NCBI GenBank assembly: GCA_006212005.1
Contig: SDAZ01000001.1
Location: forward strand, 1 to 42,742
Origin: Sulfurovum sp.
GTDB lineage: Bacteria; Campylobacterota; Campylobacteria; Campylobacterales; Sulfurovaceae
Direction of reading: 5' to 3'
DNA: 42,742 nt
Position 1 is the stretch's first letter. Each line of letters starts with the position of its first letter. Shown here piece after piece: positions 9,704 through 21,200 of this stretch. The notes beneath the pieces were generated by a model. It was given only the letters and a program-made list of their open reading frames with translations, ran no database searches and was not told the origin of the DNA. Position numbers and translations under genes: made by a program.

Positions 9704-11631
9704 TGAAAGAGCCGATATTAGAGCTTAGAGGTATCCGTAAATCTTTTGGAAGTGGGGATTCTAAGATTGAGATTTTAAAAGGGGTTGATTTAAAGATATT
9801 TGAGGGTGAATTTGTGGCGATTGTTGGAGCTTCAGGTTCTGGAAAATCAACTTTGATGAATATCCTCGGATGTTTAAATCCAACAACTTCAGGAACTTAT
9901 CTTTTAAAGGGAGAGGATGTTTCAACATTTGACCAAGATGAGTTATCGAGACTACGAAGAGAATTTTTTGGATTTGTATTTCAAAGTTACAATCTTATCC
10001 CCTCACTAACTAGCTCTCAAAATGTTCAACTTCCAGCGATTTATAGTGGGGTTGATAGCTCAACGAGAGAACAAAAAGCCAATCAACTTTTAGATTTCCT
10101 CTCTTTAAAGGATAAATATCACAACTATCCAAATCAACTCTCAGGAGGTCAACAACAAAGAGTTTCTATCGCTAGAGCTTTGATGAATGGTGGAGAGATT
10201 ATCTTAGCTGATGAGCCAACGGGTGCATTGGATAGTAAAAGTGGTGAAGAGGTGATGAAACTTCTTATAGAACTTTGGGAAAATGGTCATACGCTTATCC
10301 TTATAACGCACTCAAAAGAGGTTGCTGAGGTAGCAAATAGGGTGATTGAGATAAAAGATGGTGAGATTATCAGTGATGTGATAAAAGAGATAACGACTCA
10401 TCAAAAGCAACTCAAAGCTCAAGAAAAAACGACTCCAACACTTTTTTTTGAGCTTCTTGAAGCAACAAAATCCTCTTTAAGTTCACTTAGGATGAATGTT
10501 TTTAGAACGATTTTAACGCTTTTAGGGATTGTTATCGGTGTATCTTCTGTTATCGTGATGTTGGCTATCGGTGATGGAGCGAAACAAGAGGTGATGGATA
10601 AGATTAGTGCGATGGGTACAAATCTTTTGGTTATACGAACAGGAAGTCCAAATTCAAGAGGCTTTAGTGATATCGCTACGCTTGTTCCTGCTGATATGGA
10701 AGCTATCAATGAACTTGACAATATTATCGGTTCGATGCCAGAATCAAGGCGAAGTTTTACGGTGAGATATGGCAATCACGATGTAAGTACTCCTATCAAC
10801 ACAACTTCTTATATGATGCCAAAGATACGAAATTGGTATCCATCAAATGGAACTTTTTTTACACAAGAAGATGAGCGTTCTATGGCTAAAGTGGTGGTTT
10901 TGGGTGAGACAGTGGCGAAATCGCTTTTTGAGGATGCAAATCCGTTGGGTGAATTTGTATTGGTCAATAATATTATGTTTCAAGTTATAGGTGTTATGTC
11001 ATCTAAAGGTGCAAGTTCCAATGGAGAGGATGAAGATGATGTGGTATTTATGCCTTATACGACGGGAAGTTTACAGATTTTGGGTCAAACACACTTACGA
11101 AATATTACCGTGGCAGTTGATGATGTTTCCATTATCGATGTCACAGAGGAAAAAATCGAAGCATTACTCTTAGAAAGACATAAAATCAAAGATTTTCGAA
11201 TTCGAAATATGGCGTCACTCATAGAAGATACGGCTCAAACGCAAAATACCTTGACGATACTTTTAGGCTCAATTGCAGGAATTTCACTTCTAGTTGGTGG
11301 GATTGGGGTGATGAATATCATGCTTGTAAGTGTTACGGAGCGAACTAAAGAGATAGGGATAAAGATGGCAAATGGGGCTAGACAAGGCAATATCATACAG
11401 CAATTTTTGATAGAAGCGATTTTGGTTTCCGCTCTTGGTGGTATTATCGGTGTCGTCATTGGACTTGGTGCAACTGCGATTTTAGAGGCTTTTGGTATAT
11501 CTGTACTTTATTCAATTTTGCCAATTATCTTAGCATTTGGTTGCTCTTTTTTGACAGGTCTTATTTTTGGTTATCTACCTGCAAAAAAAGCATCCAATCT
11601 TGACCCAGTAGTCGCATTGGCATCGGAGTAG
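9703..11631 (+). CDS. macB: MacB-family ABC transporter (ATPase plus permease)
   Basis: [39 protein letters not shown] and [21 protein letters not shown] motifs; ATG overlaps the macA stop (TGATG). Confidence 0.92.
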   Translation: MKEPILELRGIRKSFGSGDSKIEILKGVDLKIFEGEFVAIVGASGSGKSTLMNILGCLNPTTSGTYLLKGEDVSTFDQDELSRLRREFFGFVFQSYNLIPSLTSSQNVQLPAIYSGVDSSTREQKANQLLDFLSLKDKYHNYPNQLSGGQQQRVSIARALMNGGEIILADEPTGALDSKSGEEVMKLLIELWENGHTLILITHSKEVAEVANRVIEIKDGEIISDVIKEITTHQKQLKAQEKTTPTLFFELLEATKSSLSSLRMNVFRTILTLLGIVIGVSSVIVMLAIGDGAKQEVMDKISAMGTNLLVIRTGSPNSRGFSDIATLVPADMEAINELDNIIGSMPESRRSFTVRYGNHDVSTPINTTSYMMPKIRNWYPSNGTFFTQEDERSMAKVVVLGETVAKSLFEDANPLGEFVLVNNIMFQVIGVMSSKGASSNGEDEDDVVFMPYTTGSLQILGQTHLRNITVAVDDVSIIDVTEEKIEALLLERHKIKDFRIRNMASLIEDTAQTQNTLTILLGSIAGISLLVGGIGVMNIMLVSVTERTKEIGIKMANGARQGNIIQQFLIEAILVSALGGIIGVVIGLGATAILEAFGISVLYSILPIILAFGCSFLTGLIFGYLPAKKASNLDPVVALASE

Positions 11632-11634
11632 AAG

Positions 11635-13002
11635 ATGAGAAAAAATTATATATTGGTCATAGCATTTATCTTTTTGAGTGGTTGTGTGATGAAAGAACAC
11701 AAAGAGATTTCAACGCTAAAAATTCCGCAAAATTTTGCTCAAAAATCTTTGGGTGATAAAGAGATATCAACTTATTGGTGGAGAGATTTTCATTCTCCCA
11801 TCCTCAATACTCTTATAGATAAAGCATTGAAGCGTAATTATGATATTTTGAGTGCATCCCAGAGAATAGAACAAGCTTATTTAGAAGTTGGGATAAAAGA
11901 TGCGTTGAATTATCCAAATGTAAATCTCTCATCAAATAGTTCTCTTAGTCATAAAAATAGTACAATCTCTTCTTCTAGCTTTGGTGTTGGGGTGAGCTAT
12001 GAGATAGATTTGTGGGGGAAGATAAAAAGCTCAAAAAAAATCGCGAATGCTTCATTAAATATCAGTAGATATGAGTTTGAAGCCCTTAGATTGTCGCTTA
12101 TCTCAACCATTAGTTCTAACTATTTTAATTATCTACTCTTAATGCAAAAGTTAAAACTTGCTCAAGAAAATCTACAAATCGCACAAAAGATTTACGCCAT
12201 CATCAACGCAAAATATAAAAATGGAACCATAAGTAGTATGGAGCTTAGCCGACAAAAAATGGTACTCTTATCTCAACAATCTATTATCTTATCGCTTAAA
12301 ACTCAAAAAGATGAGCAACTTCGAGCATTGGCACTTTTATGTGGAGAAGTTCCTCAAAACTTTTTGATAAAAGAGGAGTCGATTGAGAGCATTAAAACTA
12401 TAAATATTTCAACACCTTTACCCTCAACTCTGCTACTTCATCGTCCAGATATTGCCTCTTCATTTGAGCAATTAAAAATAGCTGAAGCATCCATAGACAC
12501 TGCCAACGCTTCGAAATTTCCCACTTTTAGTTTAAATGCAAATGGTGGACTTGCAAGTAGTACACTTCTTTTTCTTACCAATCCAACAAGTTCCATTGGG
12601 GCGATACTTGGGATAGATTATACTCTTTTTGATGGTGGAAAATTGGATAAAGAGATAAAGGTGGAGGAGTCAAAAGCTAAAATTGCCGTTCAAAACTACG
12701 AAAAAAATCTCATCACAGCTCTTAAAGAGGTAGAAGATGGTTTAAGCAGTGTTGAGCGTGAACGCCAAGAAGCTATTTTGCAAAAAGAGATCTTAAAAGA
12801 GGCTCAAAAAACATTTAATCTTTCGAATATTCGATATAAAGAGGGGACGATAGAGCTTCAAATCTTATTGGAATCTCAAAAAACATTTTTTGAAGCCAAA
12901 CAAAATAGAGCAACGCAAAAACTAGCACAGCTTAACGCTTTGATAACTTTGGTGAAAGTTTTAGGTGGTGGATGGAGTCGAGGTTATTCAAAGATAATTT
13001 GA
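11635..13002 (+). CDS. Outer-membrane efflux lipoprotein (NodT/OprM/TolC family)
   Basis: Lipobox FLSGC, SYEIDLWG, LLHRPDI and terminal LGGGW motifs. Confidence 0.9.
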   Translation: MRKNYILVIAFIFLSGCVMKEHKEISTLKIPQNFAQKSLGDKEISTYWWRDFHSPILNTLIDKALKRNYDILSASQRIEQAYLEVGIKDALNYPNVNLSSNSSLSHKNSTISSSSFGVGVSYEIDLWGKIKSSKKIANASLNISRYEFEALRLSLISTISSNYFNYLLLMQKLKLAQENLQIAQKIYAIINAKYKNGTISSMELSRQKMVLLSQQSIILSLKTQKDEQLRALALLCGEVPQNFLIKEESIESIKTINISTPLPSTLLLHRPDIASSFEQLKIAEASIDTANASKFPTFSLNANGGLASSTLLFLTNPTSSIGAILGIDYTLFDGGKLDKEIKVEESKAKIAVQNYEKNLITALKEVEDGLSSVERERQEAILQKEILKEAQKTFNLSNIRYKEGTIELQILLESQKTFFEAKQNRATQKLAQLNALITLVKVLGGGWSRGYSKII

Positions 13003-13018
13003 GATTTGGAATGTTGTT

Positions 13019-13657
13019 TTGATACTGTTTGAATTATTGTTCGTGGTATCTATCGCCATCGCTTTAGCCTATCTTTATCAATGGGTTAATAAACTTTTTA
13101 TCAAGCAAGATAGATGTGTAGATACGCCAAAGCTTCAAAAACTGCCAATCAAAAAAGAAGTAACAAAAGAGAATACTCTCAAAAAACAAGGTGATGCGTA
13201 TGAACACTTTATTGGCAAACAATTTGAAGAAAAAGGGTATTTGGTCATTTACAATGGATTTATCTGTGGATTTGACGATGGTGGTGTTGATTTGGTGGCA
13301 ATCTCTGCTGATGCCAAGATACTCTATCTTATCCAATGCAAAAATTGGCAAAAAATGACCATGCAATCTCATCATCTCGAAACGCTTTATCATAAACTCC
13401 AAATCTATAATTTCGATTTTTTGTCTCTTTCGATAGAAGAGATTAAAATACACTTGAGTATCCCAAAAGAGGATAAGTCTATTAAAGAGATTATCTTAAA
13501 AATAAAAGAGCATAAAGAAACGCTTACTATCCATCAAATCCTTTATATATCCAATGAAAAAGTTGTTAGTTTGGAGATGGGTCAGTATCTTAGTTTTAGT
13601 AAAAATCAGGTTCTTAACTATAAAAAGATGAAAATAGTAGTGGAAAATATGGCGTAG
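13019..13657 (+). CDS. Membrane-anchored Mrr-like restriction endonuclease-fold protein (PD-(D/E)xK)
   Basis: N-terminal hydrophobic helix, then G-x-x-YE...GY, DGGVDLVA and LIQCKNW catalytic-type motifs; TTG start with GGA upstream. Confidence 0.75.
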   Translation: MILFELLFVVSIAIALAYLYQWVNKLFIKQDRCVDTPKLQKLPIKKEVTKENTLKKQGDAYEHFIGKQFEEKGYLVIYNGFICGFDDGGVDLVAISADAKILYLIQCKNWQKMTMQSHHLETLYHKLQIYNFDFLSLSIEEIKIHLSIPKEDKSIKEIILKIKEHKETLTIHQILYISNEKVVSLEMGQYLSFSKNQVLNYKKMKIVVENMA

Positions 13658-13684
13658 GATAAAATTTATCATTTTCTATATAAG

Positions 13685-15064
13685 TTATGTACTTTTTGAG
13701 TGTATAAAATCTTCTAAACTTATAGCTTTAGTTTGTATGTTTTGGTATTGCTCTTTAAATTTTTTTATAAGCTTTTCATCTAAAGAGATAGTCGTTTTCA
13801 TGGTGTTTGAACTATTCATCAATATAGAAAAATTATCAATCAATAAAAACTGATTATCGGAAATATATGGGTATGTGACAGAAATTTTTATTCCAAGTGA
13901 TTCAAACTCTCTGAATCGATTAATAGCAGTTTTATTTAGCTTTTTTTTATCATCTATCAAAATGATGATATACTCAATATCAAATCCCATTCGTACAAGT
14001 TGCTTATGTGCCGTCATAATAGGATGTTCAACTTTTGCACTAACCAACCAAAACATAGAATAGTTAAAGTTAAAAGCCCATTTGATATCAATTTTTTTAT
14101 CTTTTGGTAGCCAATCAAACGCTAAAAAGGTAAAATAATCGCCTAAAGAGATATGAAATGTATTTTTATCTTTGTTTATATTATCAAATTGAGCGAAAAG
14201 ATGTTGGACAAAGTATTGTTTTAAACTTTTTTGAGATATCAATGATAAGTCAAATTTGAGTTTATTAATCTTATGGTTAAAATTTTGATATAAAAATTCA
14301 TCTTCCCGTTTTAATTTATGAGGAAATGGTTTTGCAATAAGTAAATTTGACTGATTTAGCTTATGACGACATTTCATCTCATCTTCTTTAGTTAATTTGC
14401 ATGAAGACAATAAAACCAAAGAGGAACGAGGTTTTTTACTTACAAAGTCTCTACAAGTTTCAGTTCCTAAAAGCCTTACTTTAGCAATAGTATTTTCTTC
14501 TTCAAATATGTAAAATCTTTTATCAAAATTACTCTCACATACGATATAAATTGTATTATCGTACTTAAGGTATTCACTTACATAAAAATGTTTTGATTCA
14601 TTGTGTAGATTTAAAATAAAATAGTTATCATCTTGAGAATCTTTACGAAGTGTATGATATAAAATTTTCTCTTCATCTGGAGAAAAAAAATAGATATACA
14701 ATAGTTGGGTAGGAGTTTTTATCAAAGTTTGATTGATATACATATCAACTCTATGTTTAAATCGTTCAAGCCCCCACTCTTTAAAACTATCTTCGCAAAA
14801 AAGAGCTTCTTTATCCAGATAATATTCGCCTATTTGATAAAGTGATAAATCAAATTTATTTGGCTTTTTTATATGACCATTTAACCAGTTTTTCATACTC
14901 TTTTCTCTGCCATAAAGTTCTTTTCCATTAAGAGAGTTTTGACTAAATGCTTCTGCTAAATCTTTCATATTTGATTTAAATAATTTTTCATATAAATAAA
15001 CTATTTTGGTTTGAAACTCTATCCACTCGGACTGTTTTTTAATTTTTTTAGGATTATTAGGCAT
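13685..15064 (-). CDS. Hypothetical protein, possibly a multi-domain transcriptional regulator
   Basis: Uninterrupted 459-aa ORF. The N-terminal KDLAEAF...KSMKNWLNG resembles an XRE-like HTH; the function is inferred only. Confidence 0.55.
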   Translation of the reverse strand: MPNNPKKIKKQSEWIEFQTKIVYLYEKLFKSNMKDLAEAFSQNSLNGKELYGREKSMKNWLNGHIKKPNKFDLSLYQIGEYYLDKEALFCEDSFKEWGLERFKHRVDMYINQTLIKTPTQLLYIYFFSPDEEKILYHTLRKDSQDDNYFILNLHNESKHFYVSEYLKYDNTIYIVCESNFDKRFYIFEEENTIAKVRLLGTETCRDFVSKKPRSSLVLLSSCKLTKEDEMKCRHKLNQSNLLIAKPFPHKLKREDEFLYQNFNHKINKLKFDLSLISQKSLKQYFVQHLFAQFDNINKDKNTFHISLGDYFTFLAFDWLPKDKKIDIKWAFNFNYSMFWLVSAKVEHPIMTAHKQLVRMGFDIEYIIILIDDKKKLNKTAINRFREFESLGIKISVTYPYISDNQFLLIDNFSILMNSSNTMKTTISLDEKLIKKFKEQYQNIQTKAISLEDFIHSKST

Positions 15065-15212
15065 TTATTTTCCATGACAAATTTCCACTAATTTTACCAA
15101 AATTTCCACAAAATTAAAGATAAATTAATTAAATTTCTATGTTTTTCAATAAAATTCCTACAAAACTACTAAAAAATGACAAAATTGATTAAGTTTTAAT
15201 TTAAATGGAAAG

Positions 15213-15221
15213 TGTTAGAAT
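15213..15221 (+). promoter_or_regulatory. Putative extended -10 promoter (TGnTAGAAT) for the RTX gene
   Basis: TGTTAGAAT ~40 nt upstream of ATG 15262, AAGGA RBS, and periodic A/T tracts upstream. Confidence 0.5.
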
Positions 15222-15261
15222 TTCTTTTGTAATAGTAAATTTTTGAAAAAAGGATTTTAAA

Positions 15262-18200
15262 ATGGGGAAGAATTTAGAAGATAGTTTAGTTGTTTCTATT
15301 AATGGAAATATGAATAAAGAGTTTAATATTGGTGCTAAAACTTATGTTAAAGTTCAAAAAAGTAATAATAAATTTAAAATTGTAAAAAAAACTAATGGCG
15401 AATTATTGGCTGATGATGTTATCGTTCAAAAATCTGGTGATGATTTGATTTTATCTTATCAAGATGGTTCTACAGTAATTTTTGAATCTTTTTATAAAGC
15501 AGATGCTTCATTGGAGCTTCCGTCAAAAGATGACGGTATTTTAACTTTGGATTCAAGTACCTTAACAAATGATGGTTTTATTTATGCCTATGGGGATACA
15601 GATACTTTATTGAGTATGAGTGATACATCACTTCATAGTTCTATTAATCAAATGTTAGAATTTTCAGAACTATCAAGATTTGCAGAAGCTTCTAGTGTGG
15701 GAACTGATGCTTCAATTTCAAATTCATCTACTATATCTTTAGGTACAACAGCTTTATCTTCGTTAGCTTTGGTAGGGATAGTAGTTGCTTCGACTGGTGG
15801 TGGAGGTGGAAGTTCAAGTCAAACTCCAGTTTCAGTAGCTAAAAAGAATGGACTACTTTTAGATAGTGCAGTAGGCGGAGTTGACTATTATATAAATGGT
15901 CAATTTGCAGGGAAAACAAAAAGTGATGGTTCATTTGAATATCAAGATGGAGATAGGGTAACTTTTAAAATAGGTAATATCACTTTAGGTGAATTAACAC
16001 AAATTCCAGCTGATGGAAGAGTTTTACCTCAAGATTTAGCAGGTGTTGATAGAGGTAACTTTACTAGTCCTCTCGTTGTAGTAATGGCAAGAATTTTGCA
16101 AACTTTAGATAGTGATGGAAATGCTAATAACGGTATTGATATCAATGATTTGTCAAAACTTCAAGAATTGCAAAATACGACATTGGATAATAATACAGAT
16201 GTAACAACTCTTTTTGATAGTGGCGTAATGATAGTATCAGATAATAGTGCTATTGCTCATTTAAAAGATACTATTAGTACTTTTATGGAAGTTGATAGAA
16301 CGCCACCAACAACTCCAACAGCCTCACTTACAACCGATAGCGGTTCATCAGCTAGTGATAACATCACTAAAGTTGCTGGATTGACATTTAATACAGTTGA
16401 GAGTGGAGCAACACGAACATTTGCAATCAATGGTGGAACTGCAACTACAACTTACATAGCACCAACAACAGATGGAAATTATTCTGTAGTAGTGACGGAT
16501 ACTGATGTAGCTGGAAATATTTCAACCGTGACAAAAACATTTACATTGGATACCACAGTACCAACAACTCCAACAGCCTCACTTACAACCGATAGCGGTT
16601 CATCAAACAGTGATAACATCACTAATGTTGCTGGATTGACATTTAATACAGTTGAGAGTGGAGCAACACGAACATTTGCAATCAATGGTGAATCTGCAAC
16701 ATCAACATACACCGCACCAACAACAGATGGAGATTATTCTGTAGTAGTGACCGATACCGATGTAGCTGGAAATATTTCAACCGTGACAAAAACATTTACA
16801 TTTGATACCACAGTACCAACAGCTCCAACAGCTTTACTTACAACAGATAGTGGCACAGCTAATGACAACATCACTAATGTTGCTGGATTGACATTTAATA
16901 CAGTTGAGAGTGGAGCAACACGAACATTTGCAATCAATGGTGGAACTGCAACTACAACTTACATAGCACCAACAACAGATGGATTATATTCTGTTGTAGT
17001 AACTGATACCGATGTAGCTGGAAATGTATCAACAGTGACAAAAACATTTACGCTTGATAAAACCTTAAATATCACATCCCCTACAACAGGAACTCCTATC
17101 GCTGAAAATAGTGGAGCTTCTCAAGTGATATATACTGCTTCATCTGATGAAATTGGTAGTGTCATATATGGATTGAAAGATGGAGGGGATAAAAGTTTAC
17201 TTACTATTGATGCAACAAATGGTAAAGTAACACTAACAGCTAATCCTGATTTTGAAACAAAATCAACTTATAATTTTACAGTTACTGCTACTGATATAGC
17301 AGGTAATGTATCTGAAAAAGATATTGTTTTAAATATCAATGATGTTAGAGAAAGTTCAATTATCAATGGAACTAGCTCAGATGATGTTATAAATTATCCA
17401 AATAGTTTAAATTATTTCACTATAAATTCCCTTTCTGGCAATGATACGATTACTACCGCAGGAGAAAATGACATCATAAGAGCAGGTGAGGGATTAGATA
17501 CTGTTAATTCTGGAGCTGGTAATGATATAATTGTTGTTGTTGGAACAACTTCGGCAAATCAATATACGCAAGAAGATATTACAAATGCGGGAGATACAGG
17601 TATTGATTTATCATCTGTTGTTACTTTGGCAGATTTGAATGCTCGTGTAACTAGCGAAGTGGTTAGTGGTGAGAGTATAGATGGAGGTAGTGGTACAAAT
17701 AGGTTAATTATTTATGGTAATGTTGATTTAAGTGCTGTAAATTTAGCAAATGTTACACAGATACAAGTTAATTCGACATTATCTCTTACCGCACAACAAT
17801 TAAATGCGTTACCTATTAATTTATTATTTGGAGATGGTGAATCAACTTTAAATATAACCAATAGCGGAACAGACCCAATTAGTGTAGATTTATCAGGTAA
17901 AAATCTAAGTGATTTTAAAACCATAAATATCGCTCAAGGAGTTACACTAATCTCAGACCAATCCGATATAGATTCATTACATTACATCATAGGTGATGGT
18001 ATATTACAAGCATCGACTACAACGACAACTTTAAACTTAGCAGGTAAATATATATCTCTTGATGTCAAAGATAAAGATGGAGTTAGTGATGCTACGCATG
18101 GTGGTGGTATTTATGTTGAGGGAGATATTCTTATTGGTTCAGAATCTTCAGATACCCTAACTGGTTCAACTTTGAGTGATAGAATCGAAGGTGGTGCAGG

Positions 18201-21200
18201 AGATGATAACCTCGTTGGTGGAGATGGTAATGATATAATCCGTGGTGGTGTGGGTGTTGACACTATGGATGGCGGAGCTGGTGATGATAGATTTGTTGTT
18301 GTTGGTGATATATCAGGCGGTGGGAAAATAGATTCTGCAGAGGATACTGATGCGTTAGGTTTCCCATTGACAAATCTTAATGGTAAAGATTTAAATGAAG
18401 ATGAAAACGGAGCAGTAGAAATCATCAGAGGTGGTGATGGTGATGATACTTTGTATGTTTATGGAACAGCTGATTTAAGCCATTATGATATTACAGGGAT
18501 TGAGCATATAGAGATACGCTCTCATGTTACTTTCAATAGTGAATGGTTAAAAAAAGTAAAATCTATCACAGGTGATGGTTCAAGTACTATTGTCTTAGAA
18601 GGTGGGAGTCCTAGTGATCCATTAGTTATTGATTTAACAGCTTTGGATTCTGTGAATCTTAAAGATATAGGTGAAATTTTTGTTGGTGAAAATGTTATTC
18701 TTAAGATAGATACTTTAGGTGATTTAGGTGGAGCAAGGATTTTATCAGGAGAAGGAGCTATAAAAACAACAGCTGATACTCTTGATTTAGTCGATTATAC
18801 AAGAACAAAAGGATTAGATATTTTAAATTCAACTGGAGGTAGTATATCTGGTGGTGAGATTCTTGATAAAGTTATAACTGATAAAAGTAATTTTGTTTTT
18901 GGTACAAATGGTGATGATTATATCATTGGTAAAGATACGAGTGAAATGTTTCATACTGGTGCAGGAAATGATGTAATTTCTGGTAAAGCTGGTGATGATG
19001 TTTTCTTTATAGATGATAATGGAACCAAAATTATAATTGATAGTGCTGGAGTAGATGAGCTTAATTTAAGTAAATTGAGTGTGGGTGCAAATGTAAATTT
19101 AGTTGATGGTGGTACAGCTGGTACTACAAATATATTATTGGGAAGTGGAAGTTCAACGGCAAGTAAAGTACCATTGGATTTATTTATTACAGAAGATTTA
19201 TCTGGTTCTTTTGGTGATGATGTATCTACCGTTAGAAGTTTACTAGATAATCTAATTACTCAAATAAAAACAATTCAGCCAGATACTCGTTTTGGTGCTG
19301 GTAGTTTTGTTGATAAGCCAAAGTATCCATTTGGTGACGCAGGAGATGGTGACTATGTTTATCGTACGGATTCAGCATTGAGTAGTGATGAATCCAAAGT
19401 AAAACAGGCTTTCGATAATATGGTTGTGCTTTCAGGTAGTGATTGGGAAGAGTCTCAATTGGAAGCATTGTATCAAATTGCACTTCGAACTATCAAAGAT
19501 GATTCTACTAGTACAACAGGAGATGATGAAATCGCTTTTCGTGCTAGTGCTATGCGTTTTGTTGTTTTGGCAACTGATGCTCCTTATCATCTTCAAGGAG
19601 ATAATGCAAGTGCTGGAGTAAATAATGGAGATACTATTCTTGATGGAACTCCTGCTGGTTCAGGTGAAGATTATCCAAGTGTTGCTAAGGTAAAAGAAGC
19701 TTTAGAAAAAGCAAATATTTATCCTGTTTTTGCAGTTACAGGGGGTAATGAAGGTACATATTCGGATTTAGTTTCTCAACTTGGAAGAGGAGATGTTGTT
19801 AATTTGTCATGGGATAGTAGCAATCTTATTAACTCTATTACAACAAGTATCAAAGATTATAAAGTTGATTTCATCGAAGACCTTGCAGGAACAAATTACA
19901 ATGATACTCTAACAGGTAATAGTTTAGGCAATAGAATCAATGGTGGCGATGGTGATGATATCATAGCTGGAATGGGAGGAAATGATCTTATTTATGGAGG
20001 ATTAGGTAACGATATAGCTATATTTAGAGGTTTAGAGTCTGAATATGAGATAAAAGCTCAAGATGATAATATTATAATGAAGGGGATTAGCGGAGAAGCT
20101 TTAAAAGATGGTACAGATATAGTTAGTCGCTCCGTAGAAAAGATAGGGTTTTCAAATGGTGCTATTGTAAAAGATACTTCTTCTATCGGTGAGGAAACAC
20201 TTGTTAAAGCATCTGAAATTTTTGAACAGTATGGTAAGTTTACCATAATGGCTGACATGGCACGTGTAGCAAAAGAAGACTTTGATGATATCAGTTCTAG
20301 TTCTGCTAAACTGGCAAACATTGAAGGGATGAAAACTATTCATATTGATGGAGAAAAAGATGGTTTAAAATCTTTGGTTACTGTAACTTCTGATGCTTTA
20401 TTTGTATCTTTTGATGCCAAATCTAATCCAAAAGAGACATATAATAAGAACAAAGACTTTTTTGATAATTTAAATAGTTATATTAATAATCATCCAGAGG
20501 TAACACAAGTCTATGTCGGCGGTCATGGATATGGTGGTGGTGTTGCAGAGCATTATCTAAAAGACAATAGCAGTAGCAAGTTCAATGGTATATTGTTTGG
20601 TACAACTTCAGATTTGGATACTAGCATTGAAAATGAAAATGTAATTCAAATTGAATATGCAAAGGATGATCGGACAGTTCCAAAACTTGGGAATGTTATA
20701 AATATCGTAAATACTGCTCCAGATGGACTTTGGGATACTGGGAAGAATATATATGATGATGCTGTTTTAAAGAAATATCACAGCATGGAGTTATATTTAG
20801 CAACTGCATATTTTTTCGATTCAGAGGATGGTTATATTTACTCGGTTAAAGATGGAGTGTTAAATTTTAATGTCAATCTTGATACTATGAGTATAGGTAT
20901 TGAGAATGATGAAATAACACTAGCAAGTGCAATTGACATATTAAGTGAATCCGTACAAGTAATTATTAACTCCACTTTTCTTCCATCTGCATATGGAGCG
21001 ACGACATCTGCCATTAAAACATTAGCGTTAGTGTCTTCATATATTTACAATAAGTCGGCGGATGCAGTTTACATTTATGGTGGTAAGGGCAATGATACAA
21101 TTATTGGCTCTGATTATAGTGATAACATTTTTGGTGGCAATGGCAATGATTATTTGGCTGGAAGACTAGGCCCGGATAAAATTTATGGTGGCGATGGAAA

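Noticed and set aside
5395-13002. Antibiotic-resistance island (ABC-F plus MacAB-TolC)
   Set aside because: The ABC-F looks like the housekeeping YbiT type and MacAB homologs are widespread. There are no mobility signs, and substrates cannot be inferred from sequence.
16306-17060. Possible CRISPR array or DGR template/variable repeat pair
   Set aside because: The repeats are in-frame 255-bp coding units with no spacers. Differences are not adenine-specific, and no cas or reverse transcriptase gene is present.
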